A stretch of 64,000 bases of DNA, from contig CBDCOH010000002.1 in assembly GCA_965219685.1 (NCBI GenBank), positions 4,096,001 through 4,160,000 on the forward strand. Reading direction: 5' to 3'. The position numbers were made by a program, and so were the translations under genes. The stretch is from Candidatus Spongiisociaceae bacterium (GTDB lineage Bacteria; Actinomycetota; Acidimicrobiia; Spongiisociales; Spongiisociaceae). Shown here one piece after another: positions 47,379 through 57,343 of this stretch. The notes beneath the pieces are model-generated. The model ran no database searches, had not been told where the DNA came from, and was given only the letters and a program-made list of their open reading frames with translations. How positions within the stretch are numbered: position 1 is the first letter of the stretch; the number at the start of each line of letters is the position of its first letter.

Positions 47379-48752
47379 ATGTGCCGATACCCGCCGCCGA
47401 ATCGGCACCTCCCATCGAACGGGGCCCCGTGCAGATCCTCCGAAGGAAGAACCGACCGAGACTCGACCCGACATCGGCGAGGTCGAGCGATTAGGTCCGC
47501 CGGGAGTGGTCAGGAGACCGGTCGCCTGCCTGTGCTCTGGGCGTTCCGGCACCGGAACTTCACGGTGCTGTGGAGTTCGATGCTCTTCTACCGTCTCGGC
47601 TTCTGGGTGGGCTCGATCACCTTCCAGTGGATGGTGGCTCGCATCACCGGCAACAGCCCGTTGATGCTGGGGCTGCTGGCCTTTTTCAACCTGATCCCGA
47701 TGCTGGTCGTGACTCCGATCGGGGGCGTGGTGGCCGACCGGGTGGGTCGCGCCCAGATCCTGGTGGTCTCCCAGTTCTTCATGAGTGCGGCCGCCGGACT
47801 GCTGACCCTGATGGTGGTGCTGGGCCGGGGTGAGTCCGTGGTGGTGTTGTTCGCTTTCGCCTTCGTGTTCGGGGTGGTGCTGTCCTTCAGCGCTCCGGCC
47901 AACCAGGCCGCGGTCGCCAACTCGGTTCCCCAAACCGACCTGAGAAGCGCTATCTCCCTCAACTCGATCGGCCTCAACCTGGCCAGGATCGCAGGGCCCG
48001 CGCTGGCTGGGCCGGTCATTCTGGCGTGGGGCGCCGGCGCCAGCTTCGGGTTGTGGGCGCTGGTCAGCGTGCTGGCCGCGGTGGGGATCTCGACCATCAC
48101 CCTGACTCCCTACGAACCCGAGACGGACTCCCTCGGCGTGGCGCAGCGGATCCTTCAGGGTTTCGACCACGTCCGGGCCCGGCCACCTGCCCTTCTGGCG
48201 CTGACGCTGGTCGCGGTCCTGACGATCTTCGGACAGTCCTATTCGGCCGTTGTGGCCGTCATCGCGTTCGACACCCTCGGCCTGGGCGATCGGGCTTTTA
48301 CATTGCTGGTGACCGCCACCGGCGTCGGAGCGATGGTGGGTGCGCTGGCAGCGGGAACCGGCCGGTTGCCCTCGAGCCTCCCCCGTCTTGCAATCTGGAC
48401 GGTCGGCTTCGCGCTGGCACAGGCTGCCCTCGGAATGTCCCGCTCCCTTGGGGCGGCTCTGGTCTTCATCTGCCTCGTGGGGGGTCTGAACTTCTTCCTG
48501 ATGACCTCCCTCAACGTTCTGCTGCAGCATCTCACCGCCGAATCCAAGCGCGGGAGGATCATGAGCCTGTTCATGCTGGCGTGGGGTGGGCTCTATCCGA
48601 TCGGGGGTCTTGCCGTCGGTTTCGTCGGAGAGCGTATCTCGGTCCCCACCACCCTGGTCGTGTTCGCGGCCGTGCTCACCGTGCTCAGCCTGATGATCGG
48701 TTGGGCGGCCCGGTCAGCGGCTCGAAGCGCCCGTACCGGTCCTTCCCCCTGA
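47379..48752 (+). CDS. MFS transporter
   Basis: FRHRNF, GGVVADRVGR, NLARIAGP, RGRIMS; true start probably later (e.g. GTG47532). Confidence 0.9.
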   Translation: MCRYPPPNRHLPSNGAPCRSSEGRTDRDSTRHRRGRAIRSAGSGQETGRLPVLWAFRHRNFTVLWSSMLFYRLGFWVGSITFQWMVARITGNSPLMLGLLAFFNLIPMLVVTPIGGVVADRVGRAQILVVSQFFMSAAAGLLTLMVVLGRGESVVVLFAFAFVFGVVLSFSAPANQAAVANSVPQTDLRSAISLNSIGLNLARIAGPALAGPVILAWGAGASFGLWALVSVLAAVGISTITLTPYEPETDSLGVAQRILQGFDHVRARPPALLALTLVAVLTIFGQSYSAVVAVIAFDTLGLGDRAFTLLVTATGVGAMVGALAAGTGRLPSSLPRLAIWTVGFALAQAALGMSRSLGAALVFICLVGGLNFFLMTSLNVLLQHLTAESKRGRIMSLFMLAWGGLYPIGGLAVGFVGERISVPTTLVVFAAVLTVLSLMIGWAARSAARSARTGPSP

Positions 48753-49019
48753 GCGCGGCCTTAGCTCGCGAAAACCGCCGGCAGCGACTCCATCGCAGGG
48801 CCCGCCCCCGCCACCACCCATCCTCGAGATCGGACGCGCTCCGCGAAGCCCGCCCTATGTGAGCGCGCCCGAGTGAACTGATCCCACCGGCGGCCGGATG
48901 ACGTCCCGTCCAGACTGGCCGGGTGTTTGCTAACACTCATAGTGCAGGACGGCTGTGACAGTTGCAACCCCTTCGCCGCGACTTGTTTCGCGCCCCGGCG
49001 CTCCGCCTGCCGACCCTGC

Positions 49020-49967
49020 TCAGGAGGGTCGGCAGTAGAGATCGCGCAGTCTGGGATCCAGCCAGGCGTACAGGATGTCGACCGCCGTGTTCAGCACGAG
49101 AAAGAAGGTTGCGAGGAACAGGGTCGCTCCGGTGGCCACCGGAATGTCCTGGTTCCGGAGGGACTGCACCAGCAGCCTGCCGACGCCCGGGATCGTGAAT
49201 ACGGTCTCGACGATGACCGTGCCGCTGATTAGGACTCCCACCATCAGGCCTATGACCGTTGCCGTCGGTAGGACGGCATTGGGCAGCGCCACCTGCCGCA
49301 TCACCTTGGGCTCGGCCAGCCCGGCGGAACGTCCGAACGTCACGTAATCGCGCTGGAGGGCGTCCCGCATCGAGACCTGGAGGGTCCGGGAGACCAGCGC
49401 CACCGTGGCCAGACCGAGCACCGATGCAGGCAGGACCAGGTGAAGGAGATTGCCGGTGGGGTCCTCGGTGAACGGGACCCATCCGCCGGCAGGGAGCACG
49501 TCCGGTACATACAGCCCGAACACCATCAGCAGCAGCAGCCCGAGCCAGAAGCTCGGAACGGACACACCGACAACCGTGGCCACCCGTACGGCCACCTCGC
49601 CGAACCGGCCCCTCCGGGCGGTCGTGTAGAGGCCCAGTCCCAGACCCATCGACGTTGCGACGGCGGCGGTCACGAGCGCGAGTTCGAGGGTGGGGCCGGC
49701 CCTGTCTGCAACCAGGCCGGTGACCTTGGCGCCGCTCAGCCACGATCGTCCCAGGTCGCCCTGCACCAGGGCGGACATGTATCGCCCGTACTGGACGACC
49801 AGCGGCTGGTCGAGGCCCAGTTCACGGGCATCGAGACCGCCGAAGATCATCGCCACGTTTCCGGGTGTCAGGGAGATGAGCAGGAACACGAGGGTCGCCA
49901 CCGCCCAGAGCACCAGCACCGACGTGACCAGCCGTCTGAAGATGAAACGCCAGATCAACCCGTCCAC
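49020..49967 (-). CDS. Peptide/nickel ABC permease (DppB-like), paralog of 15047 gene
   Basis: LGLDQPL, DVLPAGGW, DYVTFGRSAGL, VETVFTIPGVG; start inferred. Confidence 0.9.
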   Translation of the reverse strand: MDGLIWRFIFRRLVTSVLVLWAVATLVFLLISLTPGNVAMIFGGLDARELGLDQPLVVQYGRYMSALVQGDLGRSWLSGAKVTGLVADRAGPTLELALVTAAVATSMGLGLGLYTTARRGRFGEVAVRVATVVGVSVPSFWLGLLLLMVFGLYVPDVLPAGGWVPFTEDPTGNLLHLVLPASVLGLATVALVSRTLQVSMRDALQRDYVTFGRSAGLAEPKVMRQVALPNAVLPTATVIGLMVGVLISGTVIVETVFTIPGVGRLLVQSLRNQDIPVATGATLFLATFFLVLNTAVDILYAWLDPRLRDLYCRPS

Positions 49968-50022
49968 TACGTCTGGCTCGTGGACCGAACCGAAAGCCCG
50001 CTCTCGGGGAGGGCGGTCTGCA

Positions 50023-51102
50023 TCAGTCGTGCCGTTCGTTCTGGTTCCTGCGTTCCGCCCAGCACTTGGCCTCGACCGGGCCGACACCCGTGAAGTCCTC
50101 CATCCGCTCGCTCACCGCGAACATGGTCACCCCGAGATCCAGGTAGCGGGAGAACCACCGGCGGAACCGGTCGGGATCCGGTGCCCCGGTGAGGGTGAAG
50201 GCCGGGGCGATGTCGGCCTTGGCCATCCTGGCTGCCTCCTTCCGGGCGCCGGCCGCCGCCAAGCGGCGCACCTCCATGGCCTCCGACCACAAGTCGCCGT
50301 GCTTCCAGAGGGACTCGAACCCCGGGTGCGAACAATGGAGGACGATGTTCTCCAGCCACGATCGCCGCCGCGCCCTCAGGAAGGAGTCTTCGACATCGGT
50401 CAGGAAGTGGGTCTCGACGCACACCTCGAAGCCGTCGAGCGACCGGTCGTTTCCGGCCGCCCCCTCCCGGATCCTCTCCCACGCCCACCTGACGTAGGCT
50501 GCCGAGGCGTGCTCGAGGATCACGCCGTCCGCCCAAGCCCCGGCGATCCGCAGCATCATCGGTCCGACCGCGGCGATGTAGATCGGCGGCGTCCGGTCGG
50601 GGATCAGGTCCAGGGTCGCTCGCCGGACGTGGATGGTCCTCCCCTCGTATCGCACGGCTCCGGATGGTCCTCGTTCGATGCCGGGGATCTCCTCGCCGAA
50701 CAGGGCGCGGTAAAGCTTGATGCTGTCCTCCATGCGGGCCGCCGGGCGCTTGAACTCAAGGCCCATCACGTCCTCGACCATGTAGGGCATCGAGGCGCCC
50801 AACCCCAGGGAGAACCTGCCATTCGAGACAGCGTCGACCCAGGCCGACCCGGATGCCAGCAGGGTGGGGGAGTGGCCGAAGACTCCCATGATCCGGGAGT
50901 TCACCTCCACACGGGTCGTTGCCTGGGCGATGAGGGTGAGACCGGGGAAGAGTTCGCTTCGTCCGAAGTCGGCAAGGCATACGATGTCGAATCCGGCCTC
51001 TTCCTGGGCGACGGCGGTGGCGACCACACTATCGGGTGTGATCCTGCCTTCCCACCCTGGGATGGTGAAGTGGTTGGCCTGGGTGGCGAATCGGACTTTC
51101 AC
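50023..51102 (-). CDS. LLM class oxidoreductase
   Basis: NGRFSLGLG, PIYIAAVGPMMLRIAGAWADG; start inferred at GTG51102. Confidence 0.85.
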   Translation of the reverse strand: MKVRFATQANHFTIPGWEGRITPDSVVATAVAQEEAGFDIVCLADFGRSELFPGLTLIAQATTRVEVNSRIMGVFGHSPTLLASGSAWVDAVSNGRFSLGLGASMPYMVEDVMGLEFKRPAARMEDSIKLYRALFGEEIPGIERGPSGAVRYEGRTIHVRRATLDLIPDRTPPIYIAAVGPMMLRIAGAWADGVILEHASAAYVRWAWERIREGAAGNDRSLDGFEVCVETHFLTDVEDSFLRARRRSWLENIVLHCSHPGFESLWKHGDLWSEAMEVRRLAAAGARKEAARMAKADIAPAFTLTGAPDPDRFRRWFSRYLDLGVTMFAVSERMEDFTGVGPVEAKCWAERRNQNERHD

Positions 51103-51178
51103 AGGGGCCGAGACCGCCTTGCGCGGGACCACGAGTGTACATTCCGGGGTCGTACCCCAACCCGGCCGGGAGGAGAGC

Positions 51179-51952
51179 GTGGAACGCCGAATCATCAACA
51201 CGAGCCTGGGGCAGACCCATGTGGTCGTCGCCGGCCCCGACGACGCTCCTACTGTGGTGCTCCTGCACCAGACTCCCCGCTCGACCGACGAGTACGCGGA
51301 GGTGATGCCCCTGCTGTCCGACACCTTGCGGGTGGTCGCCATCGACACTCCCGGGTACGGGGCCTCCGACCACCCGCCGGCCCCTCCCAGCATGGGGGAT
51401 TACGCCGCGGTCGTGGCCGACGTGCTGTGGGCGCTGTCCAGCGGTCCCGCCTACGTCTGCGGCCACCACACCGGAGCGATCATCGCGGTCGAGTTCGGGG
51501 CGGCTTATCCGGAGTTGACCCGCAAGGTCATCGCTTCGGGGCTGATCTGGGTCGACGACGAGGTACGAGCCGACCTGGGTCCGCGGTTCAAACAGTGGAC
51601 GGTACAGGCCGACGGGTCACACCTGACGGCGCATTGGGAGCGCCTGTCCTACTGGACCTCTCCCGACACAGCCCTCACCCAACGTCTGCTGCTCGATGTC
51701 TACCGGGCCGGCGAGACCAGCGAGTTCGGTCACTGGGCGTGTCTGGAGTACGACATGGAAGCCCGCTTGCCACTGGTGGGGAGCCCTGTCCTGATCCTCA
51801 CGGGTAGGGATGATCCGTTCGTCACACCCCCGCAGATCCAGCGGTTGACCGCGGCCCTCCCGGACACGGAGGTCTCCTACATCGATGGCAGCGTCTTCCT
51901 GCCCAACGAGAACCCCGAGGGCTTCGCCGGCGCGATCCTCTCGTTCATATGA
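51179..51952 (+). CDS. Alpha/beta hydrolase-fold protein
   Basis: LLHQTPRS, DTPGYGASD, GHHTG, DGSHL..W. Confidence 0.9.
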   Translation: MERRIINTSLGQTHVVVAGPDDAPTVVLLHQTPRSTDEYAEVMPLLSDTLRVVAIDTPGYGASDHPPAPPSMGDYAAVVADVLWALSSGPAYVCGHHTGAIIAVEFGAAYPELTRKVIASGLIWVDDEVRADLGPRFKQWTVQADGSHLTAHWERLSYWTSPDTALTQRLLLDVYRAGETSEFGHWACLEYDMEARLPLVGSPVLILTGRDDPFVTPPQIQRLTAALPDTEVSYIDGSVFLPNENPEGFAGAILSFI

Positions 51953-51972
51953 GGACAGAGGGAGGAAGTCGC

Positions 51973-52374
51973 ATGCAACTCGATACCGCACTTGAGATAG
52001 TCGAAGCCGCCCGGAAGACCGCGGACGAACTCGGCGTGCCGATGGCGATCGCCGTCGTCGATTCCGGCAAGCATCCAGTAGCGATGTTGCGGATGGACGG
52101 CGCGCTCCCGGTCGCGGTCGATACGGTGCTCGCCAAGGCGCGTACCGCGGTGCAGTTCGGCTGCCCGACCGGCGAGGTGCTGGAAGCTGCCAGGACCAAC
52201 CCGACCGTTTACGACTCCTTCCTCACCGCCACACCGGACCCGATGGTCTATTCCCGCGGCGGTATCCCCCTGCGGGTCGACGGAGTGCTCATCGGCGCGG
52301 TCGCCGCCTCGGGAGCCGACGGCGACCTCGACGAGCAGGTGGCGGGAGCCGGCGCCCGGCTGCTACACGATTAG
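51973..52374 (+). CDS. GlcG/HbpS family heme-binding protein
   Basis: IAVVDSG..RMDGA..KARTA..GGIPL..IGAVAASG..DEQVA. Confidence 0.9.
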   Translation: MQLDTALEIVEAARKTADELGVPMAIAVVDSGKHPVAMLRMDGALPVAVDTVLAKARTAVQFGCPTGEVLEAARTNPTVYDSFLTATPDPMVYSRGGIPLRVDGVLIGAVAASGADGDLDEQVAGAGARLLHD

Positions 52375-52474
52375 TTCCTAGTCGGTAGTTGGTAATAGAT
52401 AGTTAACACTAACCACCGCTCACCAACTAACACCTAGCACCCAACACCTAGCTTGCTAGGAACTAGCCATCTAG
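52371..52474. repeat. Head-to-head degenerate heptamer arrays
   Basis: TAGTT-rich units followed by CTAAC/CTAGC-rich units between convergent genes. Confidence 0.75.
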
Positions 52475-53349
52475 GGCACCGGCCGTATCTCGAAGACCAT
52501 CGTGATGCGGGACGTGACGGTCTCGGCACCGCCGAACACGGGCGTGGGTACGGAACCCGAGTCGTCCAAGGCACTCTCGGCCGCGGCGAACCTCTCACTG
52601 TCTCCGTAGGGGTCGTAGGCGGATCCCGGCATCATTTTGGCTATCCGCACGATCTCGAACCCCATGTGGTCTGCGATGGCTTGGGCGGTCGCCCGGGCAT
52701 CGTCGATGGCGTCGAGCAGCGCCAGCCTCTCGAACTCGGCGCGGCGGGAGACGGTGAAGTCCAGTCCCTGGAAGCGGACGTTGTCGCCTCCGGCCGTGAT
52801 CACCATATCGACCAGCCCGCCGGCGAATCCCGTGCCGCGGATGCCGATCGTCAGCCGGTTCTCGTAGAGGAAGCCCTGTGAGACGCGGCCCTGTTCGGTC
52901 CAGTCGAATTCCTCCTGGATGCGGATGCCCACGGTCTGCAGGCCGCCCGGGGAGATACATGTGGGAGGGGTCGTGTGATCGGCGTCCTCCGGTTCCCCCT
53001 CCGTACACTTCTCCGCAACCTCATCGGCAATGGCCTGGACCGTCTTGTTGCCGTCCGACACCGCTTTGATGAGCGAGTCTCGCAGCACGCTCACGGTGAA
53101 CCTGCCGATGGCTCCGTCATAGTTGACGCTCCGCGAGCCGATCCCGTCCACGGTGAGTTCGGTCAGTGCCTTCTCTGCGGACCAGACGTCCACCGGCTTC
53201 CCCGGTGCTTCGCCGTCCACCCCGTTGGCTCGTGCCGAGCGGGTGAGTGCAGGCGCGCTGACGAGTGCCAGCGCGACGAGCGCCGCCGTCCAGGCTGCGA
53301 TCATCCGGCGCACGCCGGGAGTCCGTATGGCTTCCATCATGTCGATCAC
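52471..53349 (-). CDS. SIMPL (DUF541) domain secreted protein
   Basis: Signal peptide, LTVDGIG, ALLDAIDDARATAQAIA, VTSRITMVF. Confidence 0.8.
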   Translation of the reverse strand: MIDMMEAIRTPGVRRMIAAWTAALVALALVSAPALTRSARANGVDGEAPGKPVDVWSAEKALTELTVDGIGSRSVNYDGAIGRFTVSVLRDSLIKAVSDGNKTVQAIADEVAEKCTEGEPEDADHTTPPTCISPGGLQTVGIRIQEEFDWTEQGRVSQGFLYENRLTIGIRGTGFAGGLVDMVITAGGDNVRFQGLDFTVSRRAEFERLALLDAIDDARATAQAIADHMGFEIVRIAKMMPGSAYDPYGDSERFAAAESALDDSGSVPTPVFGGAETVTSRITMVFEIRPVP

Positions 53350-53515
53350 TCCTTGTCGTTGCTCGCCGACCCGGTGTCGGACGGGCTCCTGAATACCCTA
53401 CGCTGGTACGACGGTCTAAGTGCTCCCGGCGGTTCCCTCAAAACGATCGTGTTGAACAATCGGCGCACAACCACGCGCAACGCGGCGGGGACTCGATCGA
53501 GTAGTTTCCGGTCTG

Positions 53516-53549
53516 CTAACTACAACTACTAACTGCTAACTATCGACTA
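53516..53549. repeat. Heptamer array CTAACTA-like
   Basis: ctaacta caacta ctaactg ctaacta tcgacta; includes the minus-strand stop. Confidence 0.8.
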
Positions 53550-54887
53550 TAGGAGCTCGGCCAGATCGTGGACGTTCGGGACGGCGTCGATCGACCACAG
53601 GGCTTCGATCAACCGGGTGGCCCTCTGTTCACCCACCACGGGTGCAACCTGCCGGAGGAACTTGTCGTCAAGCACCCCCTTGGGCATCGGGTTGCCGGGC
53701 CCTCCGACTGCGTCGCGCATGGTGACCGATCGCCGGTGGATCCTGCCACGCGTGCTGATCGTGACCGTGTTGATGACGTCCGCCAGGTAGCGGGAGTCCC
53801 AGATCCGGGTGGACTCCCGGTCCTCTTCGATCTCGATGCGGGCAGCCAGCCGGCGCACGACCGGATCGGCCAGCCGTTCCGCGGTGAACCACTCGGGTCC
53901 CGGCTCGACGTCGAGGATGGCCAGCGCGGCTGCCCACTGGACGCTGTAGATCGCTTCCCAGTAGGTCCGGGGGTTCGGATCGAACATGTGCGGCTTGAGG
54001 TAGAAGGCCGGCAGGCCGAGGACGATGCGGTCGAGCTCGTCCACCGACAGGCCGTACTCTGCGATGAGGTCCTGGAGCAACTGGAGGGCCCCGTGGCATT
54101 GGCGGCTGGCGGGCCACATCTTGAGCTGGAGTTGGTCAGCGGTGTAGAGGAAGGGTTCGGGCGACGAATCCAGTTCCTCGAGCCGGTACTCGTCTTCCCG
54201 ATGTTCGAGTTCGTCGGGTAGTTCGCCGAACCCGTTCATGGCGAGCAGGGCGGACTGGATACCCGACTGGCATTGCCAGAGGTTGCCGAAACCGATCCGG
54301 CTGATCCGCTTGGGGGCCGGAGGCCGCATCAGCAGGGACTTACGCACCGGGTAGTTCCAGCTCAGGCCGAGCGCCAGGTTGGTCGTCTCCCGGTCGAGAC
54401 CCAGTAGCCGGGCCGCGGCCAGGGTAAGGCAGACCGGGATGTGCCGCTGGATGTCACCGGCCCGGTTCGCGTAGTGGAAGCGGGCGTTTATCTCGTACAC
54501 GATGCACGCCGTGGCGAGGATCTCGGCGCCGCTCGCCCCGGTGCGTTGACCGACTGCCAGCAGGGTGTGGATGAGCGACGGTGCAATGTGCAGGCCGGGC
54601 CCGCCCTCCTCGAAGTCCATCGTCCGTGCCATCTGGGCGTTGATACCGGCGGCCAGCTCGCAGCCGGTCCTCAGACCGCCGCCGATAACCACCGCCTCGG
54701 CCCGGGCCCCCACCTCGCAAGCGTAGGCAGCGAGTTGGCGGCCGATGACCGGCCAGCCCCCGTAGGTGGTCCCGACGGTGTCGACGAAGGCGCGGCGCAT
54801 CCGATCCAAGGCCGCATCGGGGATGTCTCCGAGGTCGGTGTCCATCGTCTCGGCGATGAGAGACCGGGTTGTGCCCACGACCCTCAT
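53547..54887 (-). CDS. MmgE/PrpD family protein (divergent)
   Basis: AAGINA, DFEEGGPGLH, YEINARFH, LKMWPA, YWEAIYS. Confidence 0.85.
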   Translation of the reverse strand: MRVVGTTRSLIAETMDTDLGDIPDAALDRMRRAFVDTVGTTYGGWPVIGRQLAAYACEVGARAEAVVIGGGLRTGCELAAGINAQMARTMDFEEGGPGLHIAPSLIHTLLAVGQRTGASGAEILATACIVYEINARFHYANRAGDIQRHIPVCLTLAAARLLGLDRETTNLALGLSWNYPVRKSLLMRPPAPKRISRIGFGNLWQCQSGIQSALLAMNGFGELPDELEHREDEYRLEELDSSPEPFLYTADQLQLKMWPASRQCHGALQLLQDLIAEYGLSVDELDRIVLGLPAFYLKPHMFDPNPRTYWEAIYSVQWAAALAILDVEPGPEWFTAERLADPVVRRLAARIEIEEDRESTRIWDSRYLADVINTVTISTRGRIHRRSVTMRDAVGGPGNPMPKGVLDDKFLRQVAPVVGEQRATRLIEALWSIDAVPNVHDLAELL

Positions 54888-55921
54888 CCAGCCGCGGCGC
54901 CCCGGACGGGGACCCCCACTAGGACCGAGAGGGTCGAACCCTCCTCGACCGGGATGATCCGCCCCAACCGGAGCCCGCTCCGCCCGAAGAGGGACCGGAA
55001 CTCGGCTGCGGTACGTTCCCTCCCACGCGTCAACACCATCATCCCGACGTCCTGCGCCTTGTGTGGATCCGGTTCGTTACCCGGCCTCATGACGGCCTCG
55101 ACAACCAGTACCCGTCCAGCGCTGCGGGCGGCAGCCCGGCAGCGATCGAGTAGGTCCGCCGCGGTGGCGTCATCCCAATCATGGACGATCCGCTTCAGCA
55201 CGTAGGCGTTGGCGTCCGCGGGCACCGACTCGAAGAAGTCTCCGGCTACCACGCGGCATCGGTCCAGCAGGTCCACATCGAGATGGTCGGGGGCGGCCAC
55301 TACCTGGGGCTGGTCGAACAGGATGCCCTCCACGTCCGGGTACCGGCTCAGAACCGCGGCCAGAAGACCACCGGTGCCGCCGCCGACATCCACGACCAGC
55401 TGATGGCGCCCGAAGTCGTAGGCCGCCGCAACGGCCGCGTCCTCGGGACCGGATATCTGCGCCATCGCCCTGTCGAAGGCCTGGTTGGCATCGGGGTTCT
55501 CGGCCAGGTAGTCGAACAGGGGCAGGCCGTGGGCTCGCTCGAATGCCGCCTCCCCGGTCATCACCGTGTGGGGAAGCTCCCCGTAGCTGGCCCAGATGAG
55601 GTTCTGCCATGCCAGACGTAGCCTGTCCCGCAGCGAGCCTTCGACGTTGGATCGGAGGATCGATGCCGCGGAGGTGAGGTGGAAGCGGCGCTTGTCGTCC
55701 TCCGAGAATATCCCGCGGGCGGCCAGCATCCGCAGGATCCGGTAGAGGGAGTCGGCGTGTGCTCCGGTGGCGGCCGCCAGTTCGCCCGCGGTCATCGGTC
55801 GCTCGGCGACTAGGTCCGCGATCCCCAACTCCACGACGACGTGCAGGCAGCGGGCCACGGCAACGCTTCCGAGGATCTCGTGGATCGCCGCCGGGTCCGC
55901 CTGCTCGCTGCGTTGCGCCAT
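54884..55921 (-). CDS. SAM-dependent O-methyltransferase (class II, dimerisation domain)
   Basis: VDVGGGTG, GDFF, LKRIVHDWDD, GRERT. Confidence 0.93.
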   Translation of the reverse strand: MAQRSEQADPAAIHEILGSVAVARCLHVVVELGIADLVAERPMTAGELAAATGAHADSLYRILRMLAARGIFSEDDKRRFHLTSAASILRSNVEGSLRDRLRLAWQNLIWASYGELPHTVMTGEAAFERAHGLPLFDYLAENPDANQAFDRAMAQISGPEDAAVAAAYDFGRHQLVVDVGGGTGGLLAAVLSRYPDVEGILFDQPQVVAAPDHLDVDLLDRCRVVAGDFFESVPADANAYVLKRIVHDWDDATAADLLDRCRAAARSAGRVLVVEAVMRPGNEPDPHKAQDVGMMVLTRGRERTAAEFRSLFGRSGLRLGRIIPVEEGSTLSVLVGVPVRGAAAG

Positions 55922-55983
55922 GCACGGCACTGTAGACCGGTCCGGTTGCGGTGGCAGGCGTCTCGGTATCACAATCACCCCCG

Positions 55984-57327
55984 ATGAGCGTCACGCGCGT
56001 ACTCGCAGACGAGATAGTCGGGACGGACCCGGCATCGATTCCCGACGAGGCCATGGATCTCGTGAGGGCGATGTTCGTCGATCACGTCGGGATTGCCTTC
56101 ATGGGTCATCAGTTCACCGGAGAGGGGCTGATCGGGTACGCCCGCGATCTAGGCGGTGCAGCGGAGGCTCTGCTCCTGGGGACGGACGTCTACGCCCCCA
56201 TGGAGATCGCCGCGGGAGTGAACGGGCAGTTGGCCCAGAACGCCGGCATGGAGAACACCGGTCCCGGCCTCCACGCCGGCCCCCTCGTCGTACACGCCGC
56301 TCTGGCAGTGGGACAGAAGACCGGAGCGAGCGGAGCCGATGTGCTGGCGGCGATCGCTCTCGGATACGACCTGAACGCCCGTTTCCACCTGGCCCGCACC
56401 GCCGACGAGGACCTTCGCCATCTGACCATGGTGGGCGCGGCGGTGGCCGCCAGGTTGCTCCGCCTTGACGTGGACACCACTGCGGATGCTCTCTCGATGG
56501 CGTGGGAGTTCCCGATGCGCCAACGGCTGTACCTCAAGCCCAAGGTTCCCAAGCGGGTCAGCGCCTTCCCGATGGGTCACCTCTTCACCGCCAGGAGCGG
56601 CATCCAGGCGGCTCTCATGGCCCGGTACGGATACCCGAACCTGGCGGATGAGATCGACCAGCTGGGGGACGAGTACGACCTCGACGCCCTCACGCGGAGA
56701 TCCCCCGGTTACGAGTCGATCACCCGCGGGCTCTTCCTCAAGCCGTATGTGGCCAGCCACCTGTGTCACATGGTCCTGCAGACCGTCTCGGAGCTCGTGG
56801 ACGCGAACGAGATCGCTCCCGGGGAGATCACCCGGGTAGAGGTGGGGCTGCCGCACATCTACACGATTCCCCACCAGAGCGATCCCTCACCGGAGACGTT
56901 CTGGGAGAGCATCTACAGCGCCGAGTGGGCGATCTCGATGGTGGCCCATCGCGTACCTCCCGGACCCGACTGGTGTACGCCCGGGCGATTGGCCGACCCT
57001 TCTTCGAGAGCCTTGGCGCGGAGGGTTCGCATCGTCGAGCACCCGCCTGCAACCGCCGCCCTGGCGCGGAAGGACTTCCTCGCGGTGGACGGCTGGGTCC
57101 GGCTCGAGACGGGCGGACGGGTTCTGACGGGAACCAAGACGATGGCGGAGACCTATGGCAGCCCGACCACCCCCATGACCTCCATGATGCTCGAGGAGAA
57201 GTTCCTCCGGGTCAGCGAGCCCACCCTTGGACGCCGCAGAGCCCAGTCAGCGTGGAGTCAGTTGAGCCGGGTCGATGAGTGTGGCGACGTAAGGGAACTG
57301 ACCCCCGTCCTACACCTGTCTCGCTAG
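55984..57327 (+). CDS. MmgE/PrpD family protein (divergent)
   Basis: AAGVNG, GMENTGPGLH, YDLNARFH, FWESIYS. Confidence 0.85.
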   Translation: MSVTRVLADEIVGTDPASIPDEAMDLVRAMFVDHVGIAFMGHQFTGEGLIGYARDLGGAAEALLLGTDVYAPMEIAAGVNGQLAQNAGMENTGPGLHAGPLVVHAALAVGQKTGASGADVLAAIALGYDLNARFHLARTADEDLRHLTMVGAAVAARLLRLDVDTTADALSMAWEFPMRQRLYLKPKVPKRVSAFPMGHLFTARSGIQAALMARYGYPNLADEIDQLGDEYDLDALTRRSPGYESITRGLFLKPYVASHLCHMVLQTVSELVDANEIAPGEITRVEVGLPHIYTIPHQSDPSPETFWESIYSAEWAISMVAHRVPPGPDWCTPGRLADPSSRALARRVRIVEHPPATAALARKDFLAVDGWVRLETGGRVLTGTKTMAETYGSPTTPMTSMMLEEKFLRVSEPTLGRRRAQSAWSQLSRVDECGDVRELTPVLHLSR

Positions 57328-57343
57328 CAACCGGCAACCGGCC

